From a virus: a DNA stretch of 64,000 nucleotides. Of the stretch, positions 62,031-64,000 are shown piece after piece. Position 1 is the stretch's first letter, and each line of letters begins with the position of its first letter. A model generated the notes under the pieces. The model ran no database searches and was not told the origin of the DNA. It saw only the letters and a program-made list of their open reading frames with translations. Made by a program: the position numbers and the translations under genes. The stretch is from positions 1 through 64,000 of IMG/VR virus record IMGVR_UViG_3300045988_043972, one strand, 5' to 3'.

Positions 62031-64000
62031 TGATAATAGCCGCTATATAAATACTATAATTATATCATAGTTCGAGAGGAGTAAAACTATAGCGTAAATC
62101 ACTCCGGTAGAAGGCATTGCGGTATTTAAAATAAAATAACACGCGCTACGTCAGGGAGTTTGTGTCCATTTACACATAGCCCGAAAAAGACAGAATCCGA
62201 GAATATGTAAGCTGCAATCACAGTGAGATACACAAAAGGTAGGATAATAACTTATACTGGTGAAAAAGGTATAAGAAAGCAGGAGAGGGTGAATAACCTG
62301 CGCAATTAGCATGAGAACCGTTTGGTGATGTTAAAAGTGAAGAACCCGTAATATAGGAGCTACAAGAAGATACCCTAGTTACAAAGTAATTCAAATGGAA
62401 CGAAATCCATATATTCGTATGCATTAATCAAAATGTGATTCAAAAAGGAATATAAACACGATGCTGAAACAAGAGCAAAGGGCTCTTGGATAATCCCTTG
62501 GAAAAGGATTATCGAATAATATTATGGCTGACTAACGCAACAAGCGGGCTCCAACCTCGCTTTATACAAAAGCGCAACTATGCGTCCTGACTGGAAAAAT
62601 AGGCTAACTCTAGTGTTTTTATGATAATTGGTTCATAATATAAAGGGAGTAATTACTGATACTAATGTAAGGATAACCGTGTTATGGTACATACTTATAC
62701 AAAGTAAAGATATGAAGGCTGGACATGCAATGATCCTAAGTAGCTATGTTAAATTATAGTGAAAATAGACTGATTACCAGGGAGCAGGAGCCAATCCTGT
62801 GCGCTACCGTAACTAGCGTGCCGCAAAAGAATTTACGTATAAGGGATGAGGTATATGAGATTGATACCGTCTTTCAAGTCTAAGGTGACTCACGTGCTTA
62901 TTCGTTCGTGTGAGTATAATTGAATGAGGAATGAATAGACCAAGAGTGTCTAAGCGGTTTGAGGGCGCAATAACCCTGATTCTAGTTGTCACGTACCTTT
63001 AGCAAGTACGATTATGACATAAAATAATACTAAGGAGAAGCTTTGGAACTCCTTCTAAAAAACAGCAGAGCTTATACCTTTCAAGATATGTAAAAGGTGC
63101 ATTTACTAGATTATCACACTCATTCCAGAGTAGGAGATATTAGTAGTGGTTAAAATAATAAATTAATAAGTAAGAGCCAAGCTGCTCCAGCTTAGAACCC
63201 TGGAACCAGAGAGGTAGGACTGTAACAGATGATGTTACTTTACTGCATCTGAAAGTTAATGCCGAATAGAACCGGCCTAGTTAAATCTGTTCTAAGAGAA
63301 TAAATTAATATTATTAATCAGACTGCATAGTGTAGGAAGGCTATGAGTCACATAGAAGTTGGGGAAGTCCAATGATAGTACAGAAGTAGCAAATTGTCAT
63401 TTGTAAGACAAACCGTATGGAGTATAAGTCACCCCCAGACTGCCAACCGTCATCGCTGACATTAGAAACTCCTAAAGTATATATTGCAAGTATATATGTA
63501 AAGAGAACGCTGATTCGTTAATAACCTGCCTCCTATCACCCTGTCTCGGTAGATTAAAGGGAGTAGTATATTTTGACTCAATAGTAATAACAATTGAGCA
63601 GCAAGGAAACGATGAGAGGTGGAAATCCTCGTGTTCGAGCAGTAATAAACAACAAATCCTATGCATGGTACAAGTGGGTCATGCTATTAATCCGGTGGAG
63701 CGCTGTAACAGTGAACGTTTTTAACACGGATGATATAGTCAATGAGCTTGTGAGTTGGTAACGTTAGATAAACGACCGTAATTCTATGAATTTCGATAAT
63801 CCGGAAATACCAGGTAGACTACCGTGTGAGTCGATGATCTGTGTTTCTTATATTGCATCTAATCGCGATATAAGATAACGGTGAGAGGTGCGTTAAGCAT
63901 CGAAAGAGTTGAATCTTAACCGTCGAAACGGGACGCTAAAACTATTATAATTATCAGAATTTAACAGAGAATTTATCAGAAGATATTTTCAAGTAAATTA
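62031..64000 (+). ncRNA. ORF-free structured block D, at least 1.97 kb and running to the window end (candidate giant ncRNA or ncRNA cluster)
   Basis: TAA, TAG and TGA are frequent in all plus frames. Only two short antisense track ORFs. Visibly higher G+C. Many hairpins, e.g. GATAATCC/GGATTATC (62489-96/62506-13), CGCTATA/TATAGCG (62041-47/62089-95), CTCAAT/ATTGAG (63576-81/63592-97). Confidence 0.45.

Noticed and set aside
63604-63640. Hammerhead-like ribozyme core (GATGAG-AGG-TGGAAAT-CCT..)
   Set aside because: The stem II 3' side is followed by CGTG rather than the GAAA box, and there is no suitably placed cleavage triplet or stem I/III.
62218-63666. Track ORFs 62218..62424 and 63472..63666 as genes within block D
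   Set aside because: They are short and lie on the strand opposite to the surrounding transcription. They have no start context and implausible Cys/His/Leu-rich translations, so chance ORFs in a 2-kb non-coding stretch are more likely.
1-64000. Additional DGR variable repeats, CRISPR arrays and rRNA genes
   Set aside because: I looked by eye for the invariant TR skeleton (GTAC.GACA..AGCA..AGC and its complement) and found only TR, VR1 and VR2. I saw no regularly spaced direct repeats and no rRNA-like sequence. An eye search is not exhaustive.

Overview
AT-rich dsDNA phage segment with a podophage/crAss-like late-gene order: small ORFs, terL, portal, scaffold-like, major capsid, connector-like, very large tail/fibre proteins, lysis-type membrane proteins. 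Positions 1-49.8 kb are transcribed on the minus strand and 50.4-64 kb on the plus strand, with a divergent control region at about 49.8-50.5 kb. From about 46.35 kb leftwards the minus-strand genes are open only if TAG is a sense codon. Hand frame scans show 31 in-frame TAG and no TAA/TGA in 15077..23020, and 12 TAG in the portal gene; real stops are TAA/TGA. The six-frame track therefore fragments these genes. Plus-strand genes use the standard code, and at least two stop at TAG. I found no suppressor tRNA in the window. Main observations: (1) A diversity-generating retroelement (RT 6747..7772, TR 7891..8014, VR1 at the 3' end of tail-associated gene 8031..9272) has a second variable repeat 47 kb away, on the other strand, inside a 135-aa early-region gene (VR2 55157..55219). 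Every TR/VR difference sits at a TR adenine. (2) Four long ORF-free, visibly G+C-richer, hairpin-dense blocks lie between plus-strand genes (about 0.5, 0.7, 0.8 and at least 2 kb). One folds its two ends into a tRNA-like acceptor/T-arm domain. (3) terL is split by a structured intron-like insert carrying an HNH endonuclease, and a free-standing GIY-YIG endonuclease is written in the recoded code. (4) There is also an ECF-type sigma factor gene, an A7-interrupted ORF and repeated leader/promoter-like motifs. Functions come only from motifs I recognise by eye and from gene order; no database search was possible. Hand-derived coordinates may be off by a few nt.
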